The notes under the pieces were generated by a model. It was not told where the DNA came from. It was given only the letters and a program-made list of their open reading frames with translations, and did no database searches. DNA of 64,000 bases from an uncultured Gammaproteobacteria bacterium (GTDB lineage Bacteria > Pseudomonadota > Gammaproteobacteria > JAURND01), in contig CAVQQD010000002.1 of NCBI GenBank assembly GCA_963714975.1, forward strand, positions 800,001 to 864,000. The letters run 5' to 3'. Shown piece after piece: positions 26,104-37,515 of the stretch (the first letter of the stretch is position 1; the number at the start of each line of letters is the position of its first letter). The position numbers were made by a program, and so were the translations under genes.

Positions 26104-28392
26104 ATGTATGTCTGGATAACGGCTTGGCTGTTTGGCATTACTGCCATTCGATGGATTTCTGTATTTCCTCCAATTACTTATCTCCTGATTGCTATTATCG
26201 TCTTAGTGGCTATAGGCTACTTTTCTCCTCGCGCAATTAAACCCGTTATCTTTTGGTTTCTGATTATGTTATTGGGTTTTACTTGGGTTGCTTGGCAGGC
26301 AAAGCGTGTTTTAGTTTGGCATCTACCGGATTTATATGAAGGAAAGCTAGTGCATATTTCAGGATATATTTCATCATTGCCCCAAGCTATAGACCATGGC
26401 ACGCAATTTGAGTTTAATTTATTAAAGCTTGAAGGTAAGGAACAATCGACTAAGTTGCGTCTAGCCTGGTATCAATTTTCAGGCTATAAATTACAGGTAG
26501 GCGATTTGTGGCAATTACAGGTACGACTAAAAAAGTCCCATGGTCTTTTTAACCCAGGAGGGTTTGATTATGAGCAATGGTTATTTGCAAAAGGTATTCG
26601 CGCGACCGGCTCTGTTGTTAATAGTCAGTATAATCAACGGCTAGCTTTTAACCAATATCATCATTTCATTGATCGTTGGCGGCAGCACTTACAAGTTAAA
26701 ATTCAAAAAATCTTATCTGGGCAACGCACAGCAGGATTGATTACTGCACTCATCATGGGAGCCCAAGATGATATTAACTTCGCGCAGTGGGAGATTATGC
26801 GTGCCACAGGCACAAACCATCTTATGGCAATTGCTGGAGTTCATATTGGTTTTGTATATGGATTTATTTATTTTTTAGCACAACGGATTTGGCGTCGTTT
26901 CCCTTATTTGCTTTTGTATTTACCAGCGTATCAGGCAGCTGCATTAATAGCATTTATAGCTGCCCTGGTCTATAGTGCTTTAGCTGGGTTTGCCCTACCT
27001 GCCCAACGGGCCCTGATCATGTTATCGGTATTTTTATCAGGACTTTTTTTGCGCCGAGAATTGTCTTCTTGGAATGCGTGGGCACTGGCTTTGGGTTTAG
27101 TGCTACTTTGGGATCCATTGGCCGTTTTATCGATTAGTTTTTGGTTATCTTTTATTGCGGTGGCGTCGATTTTGTATGGCATTGGCGGGCGGTTAAGACC
27201 CAAAGGCTTTTGGTGGAAATACGGGCGGGTTCAATGGGTGATTAGTCTAGGTTTAGTACCCGTGACCCTGTGGCTCTTTCAGCAAGCTTCCCTGGTTTCT
27301 TTATTAGCTAACTTAGTTGCAGTTCCAGCACTTGGTTTTTTGATTTTGCCCTTGTGTTTAACTGGGGCTTTAGCTTTGATGATTTCCGATTCATTGGCTT
27401 CTGGGTTATTGTTGGCAGCAGCCAAAATAATTGAATTGTTGTGGCAAGTGCTTGCTTGGTTTGCTCATCTCGGTGGGGCGGTGTGGCACAGTTCAGTATC
27501 CAATGGCTATTTGTTGTTAGCTACCAGCATCGGTGTCATTTTATTGTTGGTGCCCCGTGGATTTCCAGGCTATTGGTTTGGCCTATTTTGGCTGTGCCCG
27601 GTCATTTTTTATCAACCCGCCTCCCCCAAATTAGGAGCACTACGCTTTAGTTTGCTTGATGTAGGTCAAGGCTTAGCCACAGTCATACAAACTGCCAATC
27701 ATTCGCTTATTTTTGACACCGGTCCTCCAATGGGATCCCTCGACGACGCAGGCCAACGGGTGATTTTGCCATATTTACAAGCTGTGGGTATTTCTCGAAT
27801 TGATCAATTGATTGTTAGTCACGGAGATAGTGACCATAGTGGAGGTGCGCGCTCGCTGTTGAAGCATTTACCTATCACGAAAATTCTCACCAGTGTTCCA
27901 GAACGTTTTAGGCAATCCGCTCAGTTATGTATAGCTGGACAACATTGGCAATGGGATGGCGTTAATTTTGAGATTCTCTATCCTACGCTAACATGGCTGC
28001 ATCAGGGTAATAATAGTTCCTGTGTACTACGTATTGAGGTAGCTAATAGAGTAATTTTAATTCCAGGCGATATTGAAAAACCCGCTGAAGAGTATTTACT
28101 GAAACAAGCTACGTTACAGGCCGACATTTTAATAGCCCCCCATCATGGTAGCAAAACTTCTTCGACTTCGGGTTTTGTAAGTCAAGTCCATCCGCGCTAT
28201 GTCTTATTTCCTATTGGCTACAGAAATCGTTACCATTTTCCGCATAAAACGGTAATAGCAAGATATCAAAACATCCAGTCTCTGTTGTTCAATACCGCAG
28301 AGAGTGGGGCGATTATTGCCGATATCGATGCTAATGGGGTGATTAACATTACTCAGTATCGCCAACAAAATCGACGAATTTGGCATAATTAG
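26104..28392 (+). CDS. comEC: DNA internalization competence protein ComEC/Rec2
   Basis: NPGGFDYE, HLMAIAGVH, DVGQG, SHGDSDH, PHHGS. ATG at 26104 follows an AGGA RBS. Confidence 0.95.
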   Translation: MYVWITAWLFGITAIRWISVFPPITYLLIAIIVLVAIGYFSPRAIKPVIFWFLIMLLGFTWVAWQAKRVLVWHLPDLYEGKLVHISGYISSLPQAIDHGTQFEFNLLKLEGKEQSTKLRLAWYQFSGYKLQVGDLWQLQVRLKKSHGLFNPGGFDYEQWLFAKGIRATGSVVNSQYNQRLAFNQYHHFIDRWRQHLQVKIQKILSGQRTAGLITALIMGAQDDINFAQWEIMRATGTNHLMAIAGVHIGFVYGFIYFLAQRIWRRFPYLLLYLPAYQAAALIAFIAALVYSALAGFALPAQRALIMLSVFLSGLFLRRELSSWNAWALALGLVLLWDPLAVLSISFWLSFIAVASILYGIGGRLRPKGFWWKYGRVQWVISLGLVPVTLWLFQQASLVSLLANLVAVPALGFLILPLCLTGALALMISDSLASGLLLAAAKIIELLWQVLAWFAHLGGAVWHSSVSNGYLLLATSIGVILLLVPRGFPGYWFGLFWLCPVIFYQPASPKLGALRFSLLDVGQGLATVIQTANHSLIFDTGPPMGSLDDAGQRVILPYLQAVGISRIDQLIVSHGDSDHSGGARSLLKHLPITKILTSVPERFRQSAQLCIAGQHWQWDGVNFEILYPTLTWLHQGNNSSCVLRIEVANRVILIPGDIEKPAEEYLLKQATLQADILIAPHHGSKTSSTSGFVSQVHPRYVLFPIGYRNRYHFPHKTVIARYQNIQSLLFNTAESGAIIADIDANGVINITQYRQQNRRIWHN

Positions 28393-29310
28393 TTTTCAAT
28401 TAACCTCCGAGGGGTAATCCAACCATCCTCAAGCACTTCTCCCACCCCAAAAAATTGGCCACTACGGCGAACCAGGCGGAATCCAGCCTCTTGAAATATT
28501 GTTTGGAGGAACAATACGTTGACCGCGCTTTAAATAATAAATGGCTGCCTCGGATAATTCTAGCTCTGGCCAGGTACTAATTGAGGTATCTATAGGCAAT
28601 AAGTAGTTATCCAATTGCTCTCTAGCTTGGGCTTGGTGAAGAGTTTCCAGGTGAGATAGGGTATGCATTTGTTCTGCGAAATAAGGACCTGCTCTTAAAC
28701 GCCGCAGTGCTATGACATGGGCGCCACAACCTAAAGCTTTCCCTATGTCTTCTACTAAGGTACGAACATAGGTGCCCTTACTACAATGCACAGAAAAACG
28801 ACATTCATCTTCCCAATGTTGCAGGAGCGTTAAGGAATGGATAGTAATTTGCCGCGGTTCGCGTTCTATTTCAATTCCTTGGCGTGCTAATTTGTATAAG
28901 GGCTGTCCATGATATTTAATTGCAGAAAACATCGAGGGGATTTGTTCAATGGCGCCAATAAATGCTTGGAAAACATCCTCGAGTGCGCGAATAGAAAGGG
29001 CAGGGACGGGGTGCTGAGCTAACACTTTACCTTCTCGATCTCCAGTGGTGGTAGTCACACCTAGTTTTAAAGTTACAACATAGTGTTTGTCTGCTTCTAA
29101 AAGGTATTGACTAAATTTAGTGGCTTCACCAAAGCAAAGCGGCAACATACCACTGGCTAAAGGATCTAAGCTTCCGGTGTGGCCTGCTTTACGTGCCTGG
29201 TAAAGTCGTTTAACGATTTGTAAGGCGGCATTAGAAGACATACCTTCTGGTTTATCTAACAGCAGGATTCCATTCACCGCACGACCTGAATTGCGTGATT
29301 TAATAGACAT
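28389..29310 (-). CDS. truB: tRNA pseudouridine(55) synthase, frameshift near 28480
   Basis: GHTGSLDPLASG, SKGTYVRTL. The true C-terminus (GQFFGVGEV..PRRLIEN) lies in another frame ending at 28389. Confidence 0.92.
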
Positions 29311-29321
29311 GGGGGGCCTTC

Positions 29322-29663
29322 TTATTTTTTTAATGCTTCATCTATTAAAGTACTTAGATGAGCAGCGTTACTAATAGAGCTGTCGTAAACAAATTTTAAT
29401 TTTGGAGTAATGCGTAAATTAAGTGAATGAGCTAATTGCGTACGAAAAAACCCGCTGGCTTTATTGAGAGCAGCTAAAACTTTTTGCGGATGTGTTTCAT
29501 CGAGTAAACTGATATAAATGTTCGCGTGCGCCATGTCTACCGAGAGCTCTACAGCGGTTATGCTGACAAGACGAAAGCGAGGATCATTGGCTTTTGTTTG
29601 TAATAAACCAGAGAGGGTGTGTTGAATTTGATCCGCTACACGTTGGATATGAAAGGTAGTCAC
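29322..29663 (-). CDS. rbfA: Ribosome-binding factor A
   Basis: DPRF..VSIT.VELS.D, LNKASGF, LRITPKLKFVYD; between infB and truB. Confidence 0.93.
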   Translation of the reverse strand: MTTFHIQRVADQIQHTLSGLLQTKANDPRFRLVSITAVELSVDMAHANIYISLLDETHPQKVLAALNKASGFFRTQLAHSLNLRITPKLKFVYDSSISNAAHLSTLIDEALKK

Positions 29664-29675
29664 TTAAAATTACTC

Positions 29676-32121
29676 TTATAATTTTCTAGCTACTTCAGTG
29701 GTTTCGAAAACTTCTATTTGGTCACCTGGTCTGATATCGTTATAGTCTTTTACTCCAATACCACACTCTGTTCCGCTACGCACCTCGCTTACATCTTCTT
29801 TGAAGCGTCTCAATGATTCCAATTTGCCAGTAAACACCACTACATTGTCACGCAAAACACGAGTGGGATTATTACGTCGGATTGAACCATCAATGACCAA
29901 ACAACCTGCAATTGCTCCAAATTTTGAAGAACGAAAAACATCTCGGACTTCAGCAAGACCAAGGATGGTTTCACGATATTCAGGTTTGAGCATCCCACTA
30001 AGCGCTGCTTTGATCTCATCAATTAAATTATAAATAACGCTGTAATATCGCAGATCAACATCTTCGCTTTCTACTAGTTTTCGTGCACTATTATCAGCAC
30101 GCACATTAAACCCAATTAAAATAGCAGAAGAAGCAATGGCCAAATTGACGTCGGATTCGGTGATCCCACCAACCCCACTGGCAATAATATTAACTTTAAC
30201 TTCAGTTGTTGCAAGTTTCATTAAGGCGTCGTTGATTGCTTCTACGGAACCTTGAACGTCTCCTTTCAAGACCACGTTGAGGGTACTGATTTTTCCCTCA
30301 CCCATTTGCGAGAAAATATTTTCCAGCTTAGCAGCGCGTTGTCTAGCGAGTTTAATCTCCCGATATTTACCTTGTCTGAATAAAGCGACTTCACGCGCTT
30401 TTTTCTCGGAAGGTACTACCATTGCCTCATCGCCTGCGCTAGGTGTGCCAGATAAACCAAGAATTTCTACGGGAGTGGAAGGAGTAGCTTGATCCCGTAG
30501 CTTGACCTAAATCACCCACCATCGCTCGTACGCGACCATATTCTCCTCCTGCGAGTAAAATATCACCCTTATGTAACGTGCCCCTTTGTACCAAAATGGT
30601 GGCAACAGGGCCGCGTCCTTTATCTAGGCGCGATTCAATCACAATACCTCTGGCGGGGGTTGCAATAGGTGCTTTTAGTTCTAATATGTCAGCTTGTAGT
30701 AATATGCGGTCAAGTAACTCATCAATGCCCATGCCTGTTTTTGCTGAGATAGGTTGGAACATAGTATCTCCACCCCATTCTTCGGCAATGACCTCGTATT
30801 TAGATAGTTCTGTACGCACACGATCTGGGTCAGCATCAGGTTTATCCATTTTGTTAATGGCGACAATAATAGGAACTTTGGCAGCTTTCGCATGTTGAAT
30901 AGCTTCTATTGTTTGTGGCATCACGCCATCATCTGCTGCCACTACCAGGATCACGATATCGGTGCATTTGGCCCCTCGAGCACGCATGGCGGTGAATGCC
31001 TCATGCCCTGGAGTATCTAAGAAGGTAATCATCCCCTTGCGAGTATTAACTTGATAAGCACCAATATGTTGAGTGATGCCGCCAGCTTCGCTACTCGTTA
31101 CTTTGGTTCGACGGATATAATCGAGTAAAGAGGTTTTCCCATGATCAACATGGCCCATAATCGTCACGACCGGTGCACGCGACACTGATTCTTGTGCATT
31201 AGGCTGTTCCTGTAATAAGCTTTCTTCCAATGCATTCATACTGATCAGTTTTGGGATATGCCCCATTTCTTGCACAACAATGGCTGCTGTTTCTTGATCA
31301 ATCACTTGATTAATGGTGACGATGGCGCCAAGTTTCATCATGGCCTTAATAACTGCAGCAGCTTTCACGGACATTTTTTGGGCCAGATCAGCCACAGTAA
31401 TTGTTTCAGGTATCGGGACTTCACGGACAATCGGAGTTGTAGGTTTGGAAAAGGCATGTTCTCGTAGGGAATGAGCTTGTTTTTTGGTTTTCTATAGCGC
31501 GGAGTCTCAAACTCTTCCTCTGCATCTAAAGCTAAGTGCCCTCGTCGTTCTCCGGTTCGCCGTTCTTTTTTCTTTTTAGAAGGTTTCCTTTCTTCTTCGA
31601 AGGTGACAGGTTTGCTGGGTTTGGGTGGTTCTGCTGAAGGTTCTGCTGTTGTAACAGGAGATTCAACAGTTTTGATAGTCGCCCCGGCTTCAGAAGTAAT
31701 TGGTTCAACTGTCGTAGGGGTTGCCGCCTCAGCAACTGAAGCGGGAACTTCCGCTGGGGGAACTTCTTCCACAGGTTTTGCTGGAACAACGACTTGTTTT
31801 TTACGCTGGAAAATTACCTTAACTGAACTTTTCCCCCCTTGTTGACGTAGAGTATCTACCTTGGTATGAGTAAAAGTGACTTTTTTATCCGTGCTCGGCG
31901 TGGTAAGGGTGGCGCTACCTTGGGCACTTTTTAAGAACAGTCAATAAGGCTCTTTTTTGTTCCGCAGTCAGGGGTTGATTTGGGCTCGTCACAGTAACGC
32001 CTGCTTTTTGTAAAGACGCAAGTATCGTTTTTAACCGGTCTTCAGGGATACCCATCATTTTTAACCGGTCTTCAGGGATACCCATCATTTTTGCAAATTC
32101 TTTGACTGTGACATCCGTCAT
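29676..32121 (-). CDS. infB: Translation initiation factor IF-2, split by about three frameshifts (likely sequence errors)
   Basis: Fragments carry [35 protein letters not shown] and ECGIG. Frame breaks near 31943, 31485 and 30495. Confidence 0.93.
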
Positions 32122-32130
32122 GGTTTATTT

Positions 32131-33648
32131 TCACCTATATATTACTTTAGAACCCGATTCATCATCAACAAACCAGGGTGCGCGTGCTGCCATAATAAGT
32201 TCCGCGGCTAACTTTTCTGTCATTCCTTCAATATCGACTAATATCATCGATAGCTTGTTCTGCTAAATCTTCTTGGGTAATAATCCCATGCTTGGCAAGT
32301 TGATAAGCAAGCTTTTGGCTCATACCTGGCAAATCCAATAAATCTTGTGCTGGCTCTACAATTGTTAATTGCGCCTCTAACTCCCTGGTAAGCAAAATAT
32401 CACGAGCGCGATTATGAATTTCATGGACTATTTCTTCATTTAGACCTGGAATTGTAGCCATTTCCTCTGGAGATGAAAAAGCGAGCTCATCGATGCTAGT
32501 ATATCCTTCTTGGACTAGGGCATGTGCTATAGCTTCTTCTAAATGGAGTTCTTGAATAAATGTTTGAGTATAGCGTTCAGTTTCTTCCGCATGTTTTTGT
32601 GCGGCTTCAGCTTCAGCCATCACATTAAGCCGCCAGCCTGTTAATTCACTGGCCAAGCGAATATTTTGTCCATTCCGCCCAATAGCTTGCGATAGCTGAT
32701 CTTCTCTCACAGCGATGTCCATCACTTTCGTTTCTTCATTTGCCATGATAGAAGCGACTTCAGCTGGGGCCATGGCATTGATCACCAGTTGTACTGGATT
32801 ATCATCCCATAGCACAATATCAATGCGTTCGCCGCCTAATTCACCAGAAACAGCTTGTACCCGGGCGCCGCGCATACCAACACAGGCACCAATAGGATCG
32901 ATTCTTCCGTCATTAGTTTTGACCGCGATTTTAGCACGAGAACCCGGATCCCTGGCGACTGCTTTAATTTCAATCACTTGATCACCAATTTCTGGTACTT
33001 CAATTTCAAATAATCGAGCAAGCATTTGCTGGATGAGCGCGACTAAGTAAAAGTTGTGGACCTTTCTTATCGGCACGAACCGCATATAAATAAGCACGTA
33101 AACGATCTCCGGTGCGAACCAGCTCCCGGGGTATCATTTCTTCCCGCGTAATGAGTCCTTCAGCACCATCACCTAAATCTAAGATAATTTGGTCATGCAG
33201 CACTTTCTTCACAATGCCAGTCATGAGTTCGCCGACTCGTCTGAGATACTTGCTTTCTACTTTTTTACGTTCGGCCTCGCGAACTTTTTGCATAATGACT
33301 TGTTTGGCTTGTTGTGCAGCTATGCGTCCAAATTCAATAGACTCAATAGGCTCTTCAATGAGATCACCAGGCTAAAGCTCACTTTTTTCATCTTTAATTT
33401 GGTCAAATAAAAGATATTTTTCCGGAAAATCTTCAAATTCTTCTTTATCTGCAGTGACGGTCCAAAAACGAAAGCTTTCATAATCACCTGTTTTACGATC
33501 AATGGCTATCCGTAATTGAAACTTCTTCTGGGTATTGTTTGGCAGTGACAGCTGCCAAAGCGGTTTCTATAGCTTCAAAGATCACGGCTTTTTCTACGCC
33601 TTTTTCGTTTGAGATAGATTCTACTATTAATAAAATGTCTTTATTCAT
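32131..33648 (-). CDS. nusA: Transcription factor NusA, with about three frameshifts and one in-frame TAG (likely errors)
   Basis: [66 protein letters not shown]. Confidence 0.93.
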
Positions 33649-33649
33649 T

Positions 33650-34109
33650 CTAAAACCCCAAATCAGGTATGAGATTGGTTTTCTCAATATTGGCAAAAGG
33701 CAACTCTAAAAGCTGCCCATCGACTAAAATTTGTACCTGTGCTTCATCATCAGAGATGCTTTTAAGTTCACCGGTAGAAATTTCGTCTACCCTCCAGTGC
33801 TATACGAAGTTTAATTCGTACCCGTTTCCCTAAGAAACGGTGGTAATGCTCCGGTGTGATTAGTGGCCTATCTAAACCTGGGGAAGATACTTCCAAGTGA
33901 AACTGGCCAGTAATTAGATTGTTTACTTCCAACGAGGCACTAACTTGTTGGCTTACTCGTGCACAATCATCAGCACTTACACCCTCAGGTCCATCGATGT
34001 AGATGCGCAAAATTTTCTGGTGTCCTTCAGAGGCAAGCACCCAAGTTAGCAATTCAAAGCCGAGGGCTGTGACTGCAGGTGTTAGAATATGTTCTAAAGG
34101 AGCCGTCAT
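33650..34109 (-). CDS. rimP: Ribosome maturation factor RimP, frameshift near 33776
   Basis: LRIYID, LEVSSPGLDRPL. The C-terminus (NIEKTNLIPDLGF) is in another frame. Confidence 0.92.
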
Positions 34110-34118
34110 TATTAATCC

Positions 34119-34146
34119 AAATAAAAAATGGGCACTTGGCCCATTT
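34119..34146 (-). terminator. rimP-leader terminator/attenuator
   Basis: AAATGGGC-CAAGT-GCCCATTTTTTATTT on the - strand between tRNA-fMet and rimP. Confidence 0.7.
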
Positions 34147-34166
34147 CATTCAGCTTTTTACTATAC

Positions 34167-34243
<77 letters not shown>

Positions 34244-34285
34244 ATTTAGGCATCATATCTAAATTCATAGATAAATTCAAGCGAG

Positions 34286-34450
34286 TTGTCATCCCGAGCG
34301 CAGCGAAAGATCTCGCTGTCCAAAAAAGAGTTTTCATATAGGTTTTTTACCGTATGTTTTGTCACATTCATGAGATCCCTCGCTTCGCTCGGGATGACAA
34401 CTGCTCGGGACGACAACTGCTCGGGACGACAACTGCTCGGGATGACAACT
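34286..34450. repeat. CGTC-type palindromic element with four tandem 16-bp end copies
   Basis: GTCATCCCGAGCGCAGCGAAAGATCTC ... GAGATCCCTCGCTTC, then (GCTCGGGAYGACAACT) x4 at 34387-34450. Confidence 0.85.
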
Positions 34451-34460
34451 GGGGATGTCA

Positions 34461-34862
34461 TCAGGAATTGCTATTACTAACATAAAACCATTGGCCATTG
34501 ATGCAGTGAAACTCGCTGGTTTCTTCAAGTTTTTGTGGCTTGCCTTGAAAAACATAATAGGCAATAAAATGAACATAAGCGATATCAGCTGAGCTTGGAT
34601 GAGCAAAACTCTGTAATACTTTTAACCGGCGCCATTTGGCTGTTTTTGCCCAGATTCTGGCTTGTTCACTATTATAATCCTTGGCTGCTGGACCACACAT
34701 GGTTGCTTGAATATAATCAACATTAGCTTGAGTGTATGCCGTATAGCGCGATCGCATTAATGCTTCTGCAGTGGCTGGAATAGTTTGACCTTCTATATAA
34801 GGAAGGCAGCAATCTTTATAAGGCTTACCAGAACAGCAAGGACAACGGGTTGCATGAATCAT
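34461..34862 (-). CDS. ychJ: YchJ-family protein (SEC-C motif)
   Basis: CPCCSGKPYKDCC, TAEALMRSRYTAY, ETSEF...WFYV. Confidence 0.9.
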   Translation of the reverse strand: MIHATRCPCCSGKPYKDCCLPYIEGQTIPATAEALMRSRYTAYTQANVDYIQATMCGPAAKDYNSEQARIWAKTAKWRRLKVLQSFAHPSSADIAYVHFIAYYVFQGKPQKLEETSEFHCINGQWFYVSNSNS

Positions 34863-34874
34863 ATAAAATTAAAG

Positions 34875-34988
34875 GAAATCGCTTGGGCCACGGTGGCCTC
34901 CTTGCCTTTGGCATCAGTCCCTTGATGCTCCGTCCCTGGGAATTGGAATCCTACATGGATTCTAGTTTCCTGCGACCCAAGTGATTTC
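34875..34988. repeat. Structured palindromic intergenic element
   Basis: Terminal inverted repeat GAAATCGCTTGGG/CCCAAGTGATTTC enclosing two internal hairpins. Confidence 0.55.
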
Positions 34989-35075
34989 GGGACGAGTATT
35001 ACATCATAATTTTTTTAAGTTAAATGTCAGCAATTGTCGGAAAATTTTGTCAGAAAAGTCCTCAAATAGCGACTA

Positions 35076-36260
35076 TTAGGCCCCCGTAGGTAAGCCTGTA
35101 ATTAACCGAACTTGAATTACCCCGCTAATGCCTTTGAGTTCTTGAAGCAAAGAGTCATTTATCTCTTCGTCGACATCAACCAAGGTATAAGCAATTTCCC
35201 CCCGTGATTTATTCAGCAGGTCAATGATATTTAAGTGCGCTGTAGCTAGTTTGGTGGAAATTTGCGCTACCATGTTGGGAATATTAGCATTGGCTATTGC
35301 CAAGCGCACTCCCTTATTGAATGACATTTCTGCACTGGGAAAATTTACTGAATTGATGATAGTCCCAGACTCTAAATAACTCCTCAGCTGTTTAACGGCC
35401 ATAATCGCACAAGTTTCTTCAGCCTCTTTTGTAGACGCACCGAGGTGCGGTAGACAAATTACCTGAGGATGATTTTTTAAGTCAGCACAGGGAAAATCAC
35501 ACACATAGGCAGCAATATGCTTGTCGTTTAATGCGCTGAGAAGAGCCGCTTTATCGACAATAGCTTCTCTGGAAAAATTTAGCAAGATCATGCCTTTTTT
35601 TGCCAGTCGCAGTCGTGTATCTTCGATGAGTGATTTAGTTTCAGGAGTAAGAGGGATATGAAGACTGATAAAGTCGGCCTGAGTAATTAAACTTTCTAAA
35701 TTACGCATTTCCTCGACATTCGCTGATAATTCCCAGGCACGCTGCACCGTGATGGTAGGGTCGTAGCCAATGACCCGCATTCCTAAAGCAATGGCCGCAT
35801 TAGCCACTTTAACTCCAACATTTCCGAGGCCAATAATCCCAAGAGTTTTTCCTGGTAATTCAAAACCGGCAAATTGTTTTTTTCCTTGTTCCACTTGCTC
35901 GTTAATACCTTTATTATCCCCCGTTAAGTGGCGCGCATAATCCCAGGCCTGGCAAAGATTACGACAAGCAAGCAACATGCCTGCAATCACTAATTCTTTA
36001 ACTGCATTGGCATTTGCCCCGGGGGTGTTGAGCACTGGAATGCCAAGCTGAGTGAGTTTCTGAATTGGAATGTTATTAACACCGACTCCAGCACGAGCCA
36101 CTATTTTTAAATTAGCAGGCAAGGATTCTTCTTTTATGATCGCCGAGCGGACCAAGATCCCATCAGGATTAGGCTCATTCTCTGCCACGTGGTATAAATT
36201 AGCAGGTAATTGACGGAGCCCTAACGGATCAATGGAGTTAAGAGTTTGAATTTTAAACAT
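35076..36260 (-). CDS. serA: D-3-phosphoglycerate dehydrogenase with ACT domain
   Basis: ARAGVGVNNIP, NTPGANANAVKEL, GLGNVG, PHLGAST. Confidence 0.92.
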   Translation of the reverse strand: MFKIQTLNSIDPLGLRQLPANLYHVAENEPNPDGILVRSAIIKEESLPANLKIVARAGVGVNNIPIQKLTQLGIPVLNTPGANANAVKELVIAGMLLACRNLCQAWDYARHLTGDNKGINEQVEQGKKQFAGFELPGKTLGIIGLGNVGVKVANAAIALGMRVIGYDPTITVQRAWELSANVEEMRNLESLITQADFISLHIPLTPETKSLIEDTRLRLAKKGMILLNFSREAIVDKAALLSALNDKHIAAYVCDFPCADLKNHPQVICLPHLGASTKEAEETCAIMAVKQLRSYLESGTIINSVNFPSAEMSFNKGVRLAIANANIPNMVAQISTKLATAHLNIIDLLNKSRGEIAYTLVDVDEEINDSLLQELKGISGVIQVRLITGLPTGA

Positions 36261-36310
36261 AATTTGTTCCTCTAGCTTGGGAGCTGGTATCTTACAGGAA
36301 TTATAAAAAA

Positions 36311-37054
36311 ATGTCTCATTATGAACCTAAAAAACCGCTTGCAGCGGTTATCTTTGATTGTGATGGTACTTTAAGCTTTATCGAAGGCATCGATGAATTG
36401 GCTAGGACCAATCATGTGGGATCCCAAGTCCAAGCTTTGACTGCAGAGGCTATGGGGCACACCGGAATTAATCCGCACTTATACCAGCGACGTTTGGACT
36501 TAGTGCTCCCAACTAGGCAGCAAGTAGAACTATTAGGGCAGAGTTATTTTCAGCATAAAGCACCTGATGTATTGTCGGTGATTCAGATCCTTAAAAAATT
36601 GGGTAAGGTGGTATATGTGGTCTCTGCAGGCTTATTTCCTGCCGTTGCCAGTTTTGCAAAATTATTGGAGATCGATTCTTCTCATGTGTTTGCAGTCAAC
36701 ATTTATTTTGATTCCGGGGGCCATTATTTGGATTTTGACCGCAGCTCACCCCTGGTACATGCAGACGGAAAGCGGATAATTTCCCAGCAATTGAAACAGC
36801 GCCATGCACAGCTGGCCTTGATAGGGGATGGGTTAAATGACTATGATGCCCATGAGGTTGTGACACGTTTTGTAGGTTACGGGGGGGCATTTTATCGAGA
36901 AAATATCAAACAGAAGTGTCAATATTATATTGCCGCTCCTTCGATGCTCCAGTTATTGCCGCTGACATTAACAAGTCAAGAGGTTAAAACCTTATCTGAG
37001 TTAGAGTTAACTTATTACGATAAAGGCTTATCATTGTTGGAATCTTTTTCGTGA
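36311..37054 (+). CDS. serB: HAD-family phosphoserine phosphatase
   Basis: FDCDGT, EGIDEL, VSAG, IGDGLND; divergent from serA. Confidence 0.8.
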   Translation: MSHYEPKKPLAAVIFDCDGTLSFIEGIDELARTNHVGSQVQALTAEAMGHTGINPHLYQRRLDLVLPTRQQVELLGQSYFQHKAPDVLSVIQILKKLGKVVYVVSAGLFPAVASFAKLLEIDSSHVFAVNIYFDSGGHYLDFDRSSPLVHADGKRIISQQLKQRHAQLALIGDGLNDYDAHEVVTRFVGYGGAFYRENIKQKCQYYIAAPSMLQLLPLTLTSQEVKTLSELELTYYDKGLSLLESFS

Positions 37055-37096
37055 TAGTCTATAATTTTCGTTATTCTGCTTTAGAAGGAAATTGCG

Positions 37097-37501
37097 ATGA
37101 AAAAAAAATTTTTAAAAACTGTGATTTATCTTTCGACTATCCTGGTCATAGGGTGTGCAGGAGTTCCCTTACAACCTGGAGCAGAAAAAGTAGCGGTAAT
37201 AACATCCCAACCACCCGGTTATTGTAAGCATGTAGGACCTGTATCAAATTTTGATATCAATGGTTCAACCGTTTGGTATACCTCAGATCAAAATTTACAT
37301 GCCATGGAAGTTAACGCACTCAGAAATCAAGCAGTGGCTAAGGGAGCTAATTGTGTTGTGATTACTCATCATGTTTATACTAAAACTAACCATCCAGGTT
37401 TTACTTTAACGAATGCGCATAAATTAGCTGGTGTAGCGTATTCTTGCCCAAGAAATACCTACTTTAGTCAGACATTTGATGTTTATGCTCCAGATAAATA
37501 G
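37097..37501 (+). CDS. DUF4156-like lipoprotein
   Basis: Lipobox VIGC; NALRNQAVAKGAN and AYSCP motifs. Confidence 0.7.
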   Translation: MKKKFLKTVIYLSTILVIGCAGVPLQPGAEKVAVITSQPPGYCKHVGPVSNFDINGSTVWYTSDQNLHAMEVNALRNQAVAKGANCVVITHHVYTKTNHPGFTLTNAHKLAGVAYSCPRNTYFSQTFDVYAPDK

Positions 37502-37515
37502 CTACGGAGTAAGCA

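Noticed and set aside
28389-34109. Programmed frameshifting or TAG reassignment in nusA/infB
   Set aside because: The breaks are numerous, lack shared slippery motifs and are confined to one tract. TAG is a normal stop in recA, mreB and gatB.
34387-34450. Possible CRISPR array (four direct repeats)
   Set aside because: The 16-bp units are contiguous with no spacers, derive from a palindromic element end, and no cas genes are present.
34246-34606. Three short ORFs with repetitive translations
   Set aside because: They are read through the palindromic repeat and the ychJ 3' end.
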